A stretch of DNA of 64,000 bases from Caecitellus pseudoparvulus (taxonomy: Eukaryota; Protista; Bigyra: Bicosoecida). Shown one piece after another: positions 34,193 through 44,740 of this stretch. The notes below the pieces were generated by a model. That model did no database searches, was not told the origin of the DNA, and saw nothing but the letters and a program-made list of their open reading frames with translations. Where the stretch lies: positions 682,001 through 746,000 of the forward strand of contig CBFFRQ010000068.1 in assembly GCA_965644315.1 (NCBI GenBank). Reading direction: 5' to 3'. Positions within the stretch are counted from its first letter, which is position 1; each line of letters begins with the position of its first letter. A program made the translations under genes and the position numbers.

Positions 34193-35632
34193 ATGGCAGC
34201 ACGTGCCGTGTGGCGCCTGGCAAGTAGGCCACACCGGGCCAGCCGCGCTGCAGCGGCCGCCACTCGCAGTTTGCCAGTGCGAGGCAGCACACGCATGTCG
34301 TGTACACCAGCTGCCACGTTCTGCACGTCACCGGGGGTGGAGGAGGCTGGCACGGAGAGCAAGGCAGCGTTCACGACGCCAGTGATGTGGCAGCCGACAG
34401 ACAACGCCTTGAGCCGTGTGGTGGGACACCCGCCTGAGCAGGAGGAGATGCAGCTGCTCATGGAACCCAAGGATGTCTTCGTTCGCCGGATGGGGGCTGC
34501 ATTCGAAGCAGTGTCGGATGCGCTCTTCGGGGAGGACGCTGAAAGCGAGGCCGGCGAAGCAGTGCTGGATGAGGCGTGCTCGGAGTCCTTCCGGGACCGC
34601 GTGCGCGCCGCTGTCAAGGCCAAGCCTCGCTTCTCCTCCCAACTGCAAGTGCAAGGTGGGGATGTCATCGAGTACTTGGAGTTCGCAAGCCTGGAGGACG
34701 AGCAAACTCGCCGAAGTACGTGGCGGGTCCAATTTCCGCAGGCTGTCCCGGTCACATGACAGCCTTGCCCGCTCCCTCCTGCAGCCAAGAAGTCGTTTCA
34801 TGAAAGTGCCAATTTGTTTCTGTCAATGGATGATTCGTGGAGCTTCATGGTGCGCAACGCAGGGAAGATGCTGAACGTGATGATGACCCGGGGCGTGCCT
34901 CCTGCGCTCGGGGACGTCATCCAGGGGTCTGTCATCTTCGCGCGAGTCAGGTACGAGCCTGCCACTTCAGACAGTGCCTGCCGTACACAGCTTGCCATCT
35001 GCCCCGTGCCGCCCCCGCACTGACACAGGGTGAGACTGGACTGCATGGAGCGGCGTGGGGCCACTGCAGCTGACGCAGCGGCTGCTGAGCCACAACCCAC
35101 CACCCACGTGATCACTGTGGAGATTCCCTTCCAGCCACTGAAGTTTGACGATGTGGCCATGCCCAGTGAGGAGGCGAGTGCAAAGGCCTCCTCGCAGGAT
35201 TCCGCCCCTGCCAAAGGCGAGGACACAGCGGCAGCCGCTGCTGAGGAGAGCCAGGGCAAGGGCGCCAGGGACGCGGGGCCCCACGCAGAGAAGCAAGCCC
35301 ACGAGGAGGCGCCACAAGACGCAGCCGAGCGTGACGGAGAGGAGGGAAGTGGCGCAAGCGCTGGCTCTTCAGATGCATTGCCCGCTATCCCCCAAGGCCT
35401 GAAGCCCACCAGCGACGGGGAAGTGCCCCTGACCAAGGACGGCAGGCCTGTGGTGCCCATGCGTTTCGGCCCCGTGGCCCCGACACAAGGCTGGCGCCTC
35501 GTGGACATCAATGGTGTGCAGCCAGTGACTGCCTCTGACCACGCGTTCGTCAGCCGCATGCTGGCCCGGCGGCAGGCGCTCATGGGCGAGGAGGAGGAGG
35601 AGGGAGAGGGCAAGGGCGGTGAGCAGGGGTGA
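34193..35632 (+). CDS. Putative mitochondrial Tim44-like/MAIP1-like protein; introns 34716-34784 and 34951-35028
   Basis: Arg/Ala/Ser-rich presequence (MAARAVWRLASRPHRASR..), FVRRMGAAFEAVSDAL, FARVRVRLDCME, HVITVE and WRLVDIN, which fit a Tim44-like fold. Confidence 0.55.
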
Positions 35633-35644
35633 TGGGCACCCCCC

Positions 35645-36343
35645 TCACACGAAGGGCGCCTGGCGCAGCCACACCTGCGACACCCACTTCTCGTCCTTGG
35701 CATCCTGCGCACAGTGCAGGGCCTGCTTGTCCAGAGCGCCGTCCAGGGTGCAGGGGAAGAAGATGAGCGCCTTGCCTTGGGCAGGCGTCACAGTGATGTC
35801 CAAGTTGTCGAAGCCGGTGCCGCCACCCTCACTGACGTCGTTCAGGTACACCAGCACAGTGCCAATGCGTTGACCGCCGGTGAGGAAGCACTGCCGCCCT
35901 GGCTCCGTGTTCAAGTCGAATGCATCGTAGTGCGAGCGGTAGAACTGCCCCTCTGTGTACCGGGCGACTTGGGCAGGCTCCTGGTTGGCGGCTGGCTGCC
36001 CCGTGAGGGCGACGATCTTGTCAGACAGCCACGTCGTGTCAGCTTTGTTCAGGTAGCAGGACTCGGAGGTGCGGGAGGGCGCCGACACCTTCCCGTCCTT
36101 GCCGTCCACGACGATGCTTCGCTTGAGGCCAGCACGGGCGGCGTCCTGCAGCCGGGTGCACTCCTCAGGCGTCAGGAAGGCATCCACAGTGTACACTGGT
36201 GGTTGATCGTGCACCCGTTTCAGACCAGGGTAGTCCTTGTTGATGGCAATGTAGTTCTCGTCCTTACGGGCGCTGTCTTGAACAAAGGTTGGTCGGGGCT
36301 GGGCTTGGGCGGCAGCTGGCGCGGCAGACAGCGCAGCACACAT
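35645..36343 (-). CDS. Prolyl 4-hydroxylase-like 2OG-Fe(II) dioxygenase
   Basis: PPVYTVDAFLTPEEC, RTSES, EPAQVARY..GQFYRSHYD, GGQRIGTVLVYLNDVSEGGGTGF, LHCA and KWVSQVWLR. Confidence 0.9.
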   Translation of the reverse strand: MCAALSAAPAAAQAQPRPTFVQDSARKDENYIAINKDYPGLKRVHDQPPVYTVDAFLTPEECTRLQDAARAGLKRSIVVDGKDGKVSAPSRTSESCYLNKADTTWLSDKIVALTGQPAANQEPAQVARYTEGQFYRSHYDAFDLNTEPGRQCFLTGGQRIGTVLVYLNDVSEGGGTGFDNLDITVTPAQGKALIFFPCTLDGALDKQALHCAQDAKDEKWVSQVWLRQAPFV

Positions 36344-36737
36344 GATGACAGGAGTCGAAAGGGGAGCTACACGTGTTGACAAGCAGTGGTATGCTCTGCT
36401 GACACAGTGCAGCATGCAGGGCCGACTGGTGGGCGTGGCGCGGGTGGGGTTGGTGTGGCGGTGATGGCCAAGCACGCCCAACACGCCGTGTGGAATGTGG
36501 GTGGTCTCTCGTTGGTTTGCGTGGGAGGACAGTGCACTAAGCGAGAAGATGGAAGTCTTGTTTTTGCTGCAAAAACGAATTTTCCCGGACAGCTTGCGGC
36601 CCGCCTGGTAGAGGTCGATGACGGCCTGATGTGCCGCAGTGCCTCGGCCTGCTTGACAAGCTCAATTTCCGCAGGCAGCCGTCGCCGCCGCCGCCGCTGC
36701 AGGCGCGCAGCTGCCCCCGCTGCAGGCAAAGCGAGGC

Positions 36738-38693
36738 ATGGAGCAGTACCAAGCAGTCATTGAGCCTGAGCTGGTGAGTGCTAGTAGCAGATGCCGCCCC
36801 CCGCACCTGTATTCGACGTCACAACCCCCCTCCGTCCCCAGCGTTGCGCCGAGCACATTGTGGGCATTGGGCTGCGGAACCTGGTGCTTCCTAGCCTTCC
36901 ACGCGGTTCGCAGCTGCAATTCAGCTTATTTTCAGGTGTGTGTGACACCAGGCGCCGGCACCCCTGTGCCTCCGCCGCGTCCAATGTCTCTGTCCCCGCC
37001 CTGGCTCACAGACCACGGCACTGCCCCAATCTACACCAGCGAAACAGTGCCTGCACGGGTCAACCCCCGGTGGGCTGACCTGAACCCCCACGCAGCAGTG
37101 TTGACGCATGCACAGCGCACGTCCCAGCGAGTACGGCTGGTGGTCCGCGCAGTGCAGCGACTGCCTGCGCTGTGCCCCGCACTGGGGCGCCCTCACCCAG
37201 CCTGGCTGCTGGCTGGTGCTGAGCCCGCCAGCCCCACCCTCCAGCCAGTGCTGCAACTGGACATCGACTTGTCACAGCTCCTGCACATGGGGGGCTCGCC
37301 CTTCCTGTCCCTGTCCCCCAACAGCTCCCACACCAGCCACGCAGCCGCCTTTGCCAAGTACTGCGCCCTGAGCGTGGACGGGGAGCAGCTGCGAGCAGCC
37401 AAAGCAGTGGTGGGCGGCGCAGGGGATGGCCACGGCCAGGGCTCCTTGTTCCCCTGCCTGGAGTGTCTGCCCCGCAACACGCTGTTCGTGCAGTTGGAGG
37501 ACGGATTCTACGCCCAGCATGCGACAGCGCGGCACATGTTTGACCGCCAGCGCATGCCGTGGCAGGTGCTGGGCCGCCCAGGGCGCCCACCACCCCCTCT
37601 ACCCGCTACTGAGTCACTCACTGCACAGGCAGGGGATGGCACGTCCACGCCCATGCCAAGCGCCTTGCGCCCGGCCCCAGTTTCTGGGCAGCTGCAGGCA
37701 CAGCAGAGTGCCGATGGCCAGGGCGAGGAGAGAGTTTCCCAGCCCACGCCCCGCCCAGACAGCGCGCCCCCCTCCCGAGGAGCTGGGGCGTCACGCCCAG
37801 CGTCCACCTCCCGAAGGCAAAGGGGTGGGGGGACGCCAGGCGCTGGGCAGCAGAACGTGGACTTGGCAGTGTTCGTGCAACAGGTGGGGCAGCTACTGCG
37901 CGCGTCAGCCGCCCTGCATGCACAGCAGGAACGCAGGCGCCAGCTCCTGGCAAGGGCCGCGGCTTGCATGGCGGAAGTGTCCACGCACCCGCCACCCATG
38001 AGTGCGAGGGTAGCGCCTGTGCCGCCAGACACTCGCTGCCCTGCCCCGCCCCAGCGCAGCAGCAGCGGTGGCGGCACACAAGTCTCGTCAGCGGGCAGCA
38101 AGGCTCCAGCTAGTGCAGAGGCTCAGGCTCAGTTGGCCCTGGTGCACAGCCAGTCGTACGTGCGCCTGTCAGCAGCGATGCTGGGGACGGTGCGACAGCG
38201 CCTCTTTGACGACTTGCGGGCACTGTACCCCATAGATACAGTGCAAGCGGGCGCCTTGTACAAGATCAAAGGCGTGCAGTTGCCGGGCAGTCAGCTAAAC
38301 AAGGCGCCTCCCAATCAGGTTGGGACGGCGCTGGGTCACGTGTGCCATGTGGTGCAGCTGGCTTCGCGGTTCCTGGGCACCCACTTGCGGTACGTACCTC
38401 TCCCAGCAGGCTCATTTTCAGGCATGCAGGACGCTGTGGAAGGTCACGGTGTCATGCCGCTGTACCCGAAGGGCGTGGATGCTGCCACCTTTGCGAAGGC
38501 CCTTGCCATGCTGCAGGTGTGTGTAGTGCAGTTGGCTCAGGCTGTGGGCATCCAGACACCTTTCTCTCGCTCCGGTCACGTGCTTGGGAACCTTCTTGCC
38601 GTGTATGAAGCGGTGCTGGGGGCACCCCAGCCCATGCAGGCGCTGGCTAACCAGCTAGAGGAGGAGGTGGCGGGGGGGGGCGTACCTCCTTGA
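36738..38693 (+). CDS. UVRAG: UVRAG/Vps38-like PI3K complex II subunit; introns 36774-36841 and 36936-37011, possibly 37977-38054
   Basis: RCAEHIVGIGLRNL, IYTSETV..NPRW (C2), LDIDLSQL, NTLFVQLEDGFY, LRALYPI, GTALGHVCHVVQLASRFLGTHLRY and PLYPKG..F..A..L. Confidence 0.8.
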   Translation: MEQYQAVIEPELVSASSRCRPPHLYSTSQPPSVPSVAPSTLWALGCGTWCFLAFHAVRSCNSAYFQVCVTPGAGTPVPPPRPMSLSPPWLTDHGTAPIYTSETVPARVNPRWADLNPHAAVLTHAQRTSQRVRLVVRAVQRLPALCPALGRPHPAWLLAGAEPASPTLQPVLQLDIDLSQLLHMGGSPFLSLSPNSSHTSHAAAFAKYCALSVDGEQLRAAKAVVGGAGDGHGQGSLFPCLECLPRNTLFVQLEDGFYAQHATARHMFDRQRMPWQVLGRPGRPPPPLPATESLTAQAGDGTSTPMPSALRPAPVSGQLQAQQSADGQGEERVSQPTPRPDSAPPSRGAGASRPASTSRRQRGGGTPGAGQQNVDLAVFVQQVGQLLRASAALHAQQERRRQLLARAAACMAEVSTHPPPMSARVAPVPPDTRCPAPPQRSSSGGGTQVSSAGSKAPASAEAQAQLALVHSQSYVRLSAAMLGTVRQRLFDDLRALYPIDTVQAGALYKIKGVQLPGSQLNKAPPNQVGTALGHVCHVVQLASRFLGTHLRYVPLPAGSFSGMQDAVEGHGVMPLYPKGVDAATFAKALAMLQVCVVQLAQAVGIQTPFSRSGHVLGNLLAVYEAVLGAPQPMQALANQLEEEVAGGGVPP

Positions 38694-38792
38694 GTCAATG
38701 CAGAACGCGTGTCAAATGCACGCACTCAGGTAGCCGGCTTCATGCTTCAAGTCCACAGTGAGGCTCTCTCTTTGAGGGGAGGTGTCGAAACA

Positions 38793-39870
38793 ATGGGCGC
38801 AGGCCCCGCCTGTCGTGCTCGGTGCCTGGGTGGACTAGACGCTTGCAAGCAGCACGCGCTCGCCGCATGCATCGCCACTGCCCTTGCAGCTTGCGCTGCC
38901 TTGGCTTGCTGTGTCTTTGCGTGGGAAAAGGCGGACGCGGAGGGAGAGCAGGTTCAGTTGCCAGCCATCCCTGTGCGACTTGTTGCGTTTCGGCAGCGTT
39001 GAGTGCGTCCGGAGGTGCTACGTCTCCCTTTCTTATGCAGGCATGGAGGTACCCACCAGTAGCTTCACAAGTATCCTGGAGACAAGCGCTGTTTGAGGCT
39101 GGTGAGGGCTGGTTTTCTTTGTTCGTCAATGTGTGCTACTCTCACCACCACCCATTTGTATCGCAGTGTGGCGCATTGACTTGCCTGACGGGAGTGCCCT
39201 GCGCGCCACAACCGCAGGCTCTCCTGCAGCAGAGATGGAGCACACTCATACCTTCCCTGCAAGCATGGTGCACGGACAAGTCTTCGTGCTGCCCACCTGT
39301 CAGGGGTTCATGGACGAGGAGCGCGGCTGTGTGGAAGACGCTCTCTTGTTGCTGCTCAAGGCACACGTGGTTGGCCCTGGCACCGTTACCGCTGGTGCCG
39401 CAGAGACAACGCTGAGCGGGGGCGCTATGCGAGGCATCGCGCTCCATGTCGGAGAAACCGCCGCGTCCGAAGCGTGGGTGCAGCGCCTCCTGCACGTGGG
39501 CAGGGCACTGGGGCAGCCGTGCATTTTGCGATGGGGGGCTGCCTTCCCCCCAAGCCCTGAAGACTTGCACCCCCCTCCCATAGTGCTTACAACCATGCCT
39601 ACGAGCTCTATGCTGCGTGGCGTGGCGGGTGCCGTCCAGGCACGCTTCGCGAGGCAGGTCCCCCGCAGCGCCAGCGACGCTGCTGGCCGCATGGTGCACA
39701 CGCCCTCCCTGGCTGAGTGGGCTGCGCAGGGCGGGCAAGCACCCCCAAACCGAGGCCACGTTCGACCACGAGCGTTGAAGCTCGAGCACTCGGGGCGCAT
39801 GGAGCTGGTGAACGCACATGCGGTGCTGGCGAGCAGAGAAGCTGACGCAGACCATGCTGAAGAGCTGTGA
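38793..39870 (+). CDS. Hypothetical signal-anchored protein ending in HAEEL; introns 38973-39040 and 39102-39166
   Basis: Two GT-AG introns of typical size join three ORF segments. N-terminal hydrophobic ALAACIATALAACAALACCVFAW. No family recognised. Confidence 0.5.
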
Positions 39871-39881
39871 GCCACGGCCGC

Positions 39882-42175
39882 CTAGAAGGACTCCACAGCA
39901 ACACTGTAGGCGCCAACTGCGGGCTCGGGCACAGGGGCCTTGCTTGTGATGTGCGCCAGCGGGCCGACCAGCTCTGCCGCTGCCTGGCACTCGACCAACG
40001 CATCCTGCACGGCGGCCTGCCAGGCCCCAAGCACCTTGGCCACTGCAGACCTTGAGGAGGCTGCTTGCGCGAGTGTGGCCAGCTGGGAGTCAATGAGCAG
40101 GCGAGCCCAGTCCAAGCACGCGCTGTGAACTGGGGACTCCTCCGGGACGGCGGCCCTCGTGCACAGCAGCGCACCAAGCAGCACGCAGGCCTGCTCTTCG
40201 GACAGCGTGCGCATGGTGGCGGAGAGCGTGACATCGTTGCGTCCACACTGAACTGCTGCATGCAGCATCTGCTGCACCGCAAGCAGCCTGTCGTCTTCCC
40301 CTGCTGCGCCACACTTAACTCCCCGCGCTGCAAGGAATTCACGCACGGCAGGCAGCGGCGCCGTGCTGGGCGCCAGGGTCGCCGCCACAAGGAAGGCTTC
40401 AGGAACATCTGGGAGCTTCTGCAGCGCAGAGCGCAGCAGCACCAGCTCCCCTTCCCGCAGCAGAGCAGGCAGCAGGTCTGGGCAGTGCTGGTGCGAGGCG
40501 GCCCCGCTCTTCAGCACGCCCTTGAGCGTCACACGCTGAGACTCCCCCAGCGCCCCAGCCTTCGCAGCAGCGGCAAGCGCAGCCCCCGTAATGGCATGGG
40601 CGCCATGTGTGCCGAGAGCACAGATGGACGCGTCGGGGATGCCTTGGCCGGCAACCACAGCTTTGACTGCTTGCGCTAGGAAGGCCGCTTCAGCACTTGC
40701 AGCACCCTGGCAAGCGCCATCCCACCAGTCGAGTGCCACTTTCTTGGCCATGACATTTGTGCAAGCTTCAGGGAGGGTGGTTGGCGAGCGTGTGCGCTTT
40801 TTGCCGCGTCGGGCAGGTGCGCAAGCTGCTGCGGTGCCCAGCAGCGCTGCGGCGAAGCTCAGAGGGGCTGAGGAGGCCACAGCCACAGGCGCTCCTTGAG
40901 CCCCCACCACGCTGGCGAGGGTGCCGGAGCCTGCAGTGATGCTGGCCTGGCACAGGTGGGAGCCCACTGAGAAGTACAGTACTTGCCTGGGCTGGTCCAA
41001 GCACAAGTGCACTTGGCCAGACCCCGGAACAGCCACCACCGCGGACGCTACGCCCACACAGTGCACGACATCCCACAGGGCGATCTGCGTGCCTGCGCTG
41101 GTGCAAGCCACCTCCACCAATGTGCTGGGCTCCACAGAGTACAGTGCGCGTGACACTAGCGTGGCGTCGCCCAAGCCGGCTGGGCAGGTGTGATGCACGA
41201 CCGGGACGCCCTCGAACCAAGCTGCAGTCAGCGGCCAGCGGAGGAACACCATGTTGTCACCAGTGGAGACGCTGAGGGTGAGGTTCGTCTTGTTGAAGGC
41301 TGCTTGCACAGCTTGGGTTGCTGCTCCCCGCAGCGGTGCTTGGTGTACACCCAGTAGGGTGCTGGCCAGCCCGCCCTCCTTACCCGACGCAGCGAGCTTG
41401 GACACTACGATGGAAATGGAATCCTGTTTGGTGGAGTGCACGCTGAGCGCCAGCCAGCTCCCGCGGTGTGCACCCCGCAGCTGCAGTACACGGCACCAAT
41501 GCAAGCTGCCATCCTTCACTGGCTGGGCCTTGCGCTTGCCAGACGGCTGCAGCACCACCTTGCCGTGGGCATCAATGAGTGACAGGGAGCCTGAATCGTG
41601 GGATGCGACCAGTGCAGGCAGGCCTTCGGCGGTGTGCAGCTGCACTGCCGGCTCTGACATCTGCGAGGTGCGGCGTGGGGCTCTGTGCGGCGGGGGCGAG
41701 CGGCAGGCCTCGCTCACGGCTACGCACTGTCACGGCAGTGTGGGTCTGCTGTGCTGATGCTGCCGCAGGAGGCCACAGCAGCACCTTGCCGTCCTGGGTG
41801 CTTGCCAGCAGCCTGCATATCGTTGGAATGGCGCAGAATGCTAGCGGGGGGAGGGCAAAGCTGGCTGCGGCAGGCGACGCGGAACTCACCCCGCTGCTGC
41901 AAAGAAAGACACACTAGCAACTCCACTTGCGCCACTATTGGGTGGCAGTGCCCACGTGCTTTCCAGCTTGCCAGAGTGCGCCTGAGGGGAGGCAGACAGG
42001 GGAGTTCCGAGAGCCAGGCGCGGTCACGGCTGGCGGTGCTCACGTCAATTTGATCCAGGGCTCCCTCTCGAGCAGCAAGCAGGCTTGCATCTACCCCTGC
42101 CAGGTGCTTGGCCCACTTCAGCTCCGAGACGACGCCTTGGGATGTGTGCACCAGGGCAGCGTCCGAAATGCTCAT
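39882..42175 (-). CDS. Nucleolar protein 11 (NOL11/Utp8)-like; three 5' introns in about 41660-42043
   Basis: N-terminal beta-propeller-like region. C-terminal LQKLPDVPEAFLV, CLDWARLLIDSQL and terminal GAYSVAVESF resemble the NOL11 C-terminus. Confidence 0.65.
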
Positions 42176-42505
42176 GGTTGGTCCGATTTCCGCAAGGGAG
42201 GAGGCGAAAGTGTTCGTGGCCCGCAGCGAGAAGCCCCCGCAGGCGTGGCGATACGCGGAGGGGTGGAACAGCAAGAGAATCATGCAAGTGCACCTGGGAC
42301 TTGCCTTTGTGTTGTGCCTTCAACTGACCCAGTGCGTGTGGCCTGCAGAGGTGGGCCGTGCGGAGCCTGCCAGCCGAAGCCGGCGCAACTGTGTCGTGTG
42401 AGTGCCTCATGGATAAAAACCAAACTCCACCCCTGCAAGACACTATCCCAGTTGGAGGCCCTCGGTGCAAACCCTGGCTCGTGCACGACTTGAGACCAGC
42501 GCAGC

Positions 42506-44700
42506 ATGGCGGAAGTTGAGGCCGGCGCTGCAGCCAGCTCTGCAGACAAGCCTCAGCTGAGCTTGAACGGTGCGGAGTTCCGCCAGGCAGGTTTCTCGTG
42601 TCCAGGCCACCACACTGACATACACCTCCTCTCTCGCAGTGTTTGAAGAGATTCAGCGTGCTCAGGATCAGAACGGGTTGAGGCATGCGGACTTTGCTCG
42701 GTACAGGTGCGGCACGTGGCGCAGCACGGCACATGCGCCAGCGAGCTCCTGCACGCAAGGTGCGCACCACCCCACTCTGCAGGCAGTATTGTTCCCGCCG
42801 CATTGCCCGCCTTCGACGCCGTGGCGATGTCAAGCTGGTGCAGCGAAGTGGGAAGAAGTTCGCACCTCGCCCTGTCAGCGCCACCAACGCCAAGTGCAGT
42901 GAGGCGCTGCTTTTGCAGCTCATGCTCGCTGAGCGCGCTTGGGGCCACAGCCAGCAGCTGATTGCAGAGGTGGCTGACGTGGGCCCCCGTGCGCAGCACC
43001 ATGCCGTGCGGCGCCTGCGCAAAGCAGTCAAGGAAGCAGCCACCCTGTCTGAGGTGGTGGAGGAGGTGGGGGATGCGCGGAGCCAGTTGGAGGCTCGTGC
43101 GTACTGGAGGCTGCAGGCGGGCTGGCTTGCTGTGGAGGAAGAGATGTGGGACGACGCCTTGAAGCACCTGACCACTGCCAGCCGCCTGCTGCTGCAAGTG
43201 CAAGAGTCTGGCACTTCCCTGCACCAGCGCGCCGTCACGCAGCGCCTGGAGGCCATCACGCCCACATTGCGCTTGTGCGAGTACAGCCTGGACCGCGCAT
43301 TTGGAGCAGGCACTGCACAGGCAGTTCTGCAGGAGCTGGCAGCTGAGGAGGACGCAACCCGCGCCTCCCCAGAGCAGGCCGCAGCCTTGGCTGGCATGCT
43401 GGCTGGGGCGGGCACCACGGCACACTCCACCGCCAGTGCTGCTGACGGCTCGGTGGCTGTCACGTGGGCAGAGACGAGCCACAAGGTCACCCACGGCAAG
43501 TTCTCCTCCACCCTGGACAAGGCAGCCATGTCCCTGGCGGCGTTCCTGGAGGACACCGGCGCCGCCGCAGACTCGGCGTACGTGCAGGCGCTGACTCACC
43601 TGGACGATGCCCGCCGCATCGCGGACAAAGAAGGCTCGGCGCCACAGTGGCAGGCGGCCCTACTTGGCTTGTTGCTCGTGAAGCTGCAGGTGCAGCTGGC
43701 CCATGGCTGCGGCTTGGCCAAGGCGCAGCTGCTTGAGCCCTGTGCGCCAGTGCTTATCGCGCCTGGCCCACACACCGCCGGGGCAACACGGCAGCAAGTG
43801 GAGCGTGCGCGTGCATTGCTGCAGCGCCTGGGTGGGGTGCTCACTGAGCTTGGGACGGCCCTCGCTGGCGCTGGCGCTGGCACCGGTTCGGGGGAGGGCG
43901 CCACTGACCCTGCCCTGCCTGCTGCCCCCGACTCTCTCCTGGCGCTGCACGCAGCCCGGCAAGCAGGCGTCAGCGCTTTGGCCACGGCGTGCACGGCCAT
44001 GGGGTATGTGCACGAAAGTGGGCTGGCGCCCAATGACGCAGTGCTAGCAGCCCAGGCAGATGCGCTGGTTGGGGCTGCGGCACCTGCCCTGTCTGCAGCT
44101 GCGAGCGCCATCGCCAAGGTGTCCGCTGCAGGCGTGGATGGGCTGTGTTCGTTGGTGCCGCAGCACACAGCACAGCTGCTTGTGGCGGCAGAGGGAGCCC
44201 TTCTGAGCTCCACCGCCTTGTCGAGCATGTCTGACGCTGTTGGCAGGCTTGGGCACCTTCACCGTGGGCGCATGGCCCTCACACGGGCGGGCGGCGCGCT
44301 GCCAGCCTCCACTGGCCCTGCACCTGAAGCCCTGCGTGCTGTGGCTGAGCCCGCCTTTGCGAAGGCTGCCTCTGCTCGGGGTCCCCTGCAGCAGTCGCGC
44401 TGTGTGCTGGACTGCCACACTGGCGGGACCCACGCTCAGCCATGGCTGGCGCTGCTGGACAGCGAGGTCCTGGCACACCGCTACGGCCTACCAGCCTTGC
44501 AGCCAGTGCACATGAAGCCCGTGACCTTTGACGTCGCGCACGACTTTGTGCAGCCCCACGACATCTCCCACCGCCTGCCCCAGGCGCAGCCGGGCTCCGC
44601 CGCTGCCGCTGAACAGCCACCGACTCCTGACGCGCCGGCTCCTGCCCCTGCTGAGGCCACCAGCAGCGTGGGTGGCCTGCTCAGCTGGTTCACTGGCTGA
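42506..44700 (+). CDS. SRP68: Signal recognition particle subunit SRP68; introns 42570-42639 and 42707-42782
   Basis: AQDQNGLRHADFARYRQYCSRRIARLRR, LMLAERAWGHS, RRLRKAVKEA, LEARAY, ITPTLRLCEY, KPVTFDVA and GGLLSWF. Confidence 0.92.
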
Positions 44701-44715
44701 TGCAGCGAGGCAACA

Positions 44716-44725
44716 GAATGCATTC
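44716..44725. promoter_or_regulatory. Palindrome GAATGCATTC, candidate bidirectional 3'-end/poly(A) signal
   Basis: Lies in the 40-nt gap between the convergent SRP68 and AlaRS stops. Confidence 0.5.
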
Positions 44726-44740
44726 CAAGGCACGCACGCC

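Noticed and set aside
42045-43556. 503-aa minus-strand ORF
   Set aside because: Antisense to SRP68 and crosses its introns and promoter; composition not protein-like.
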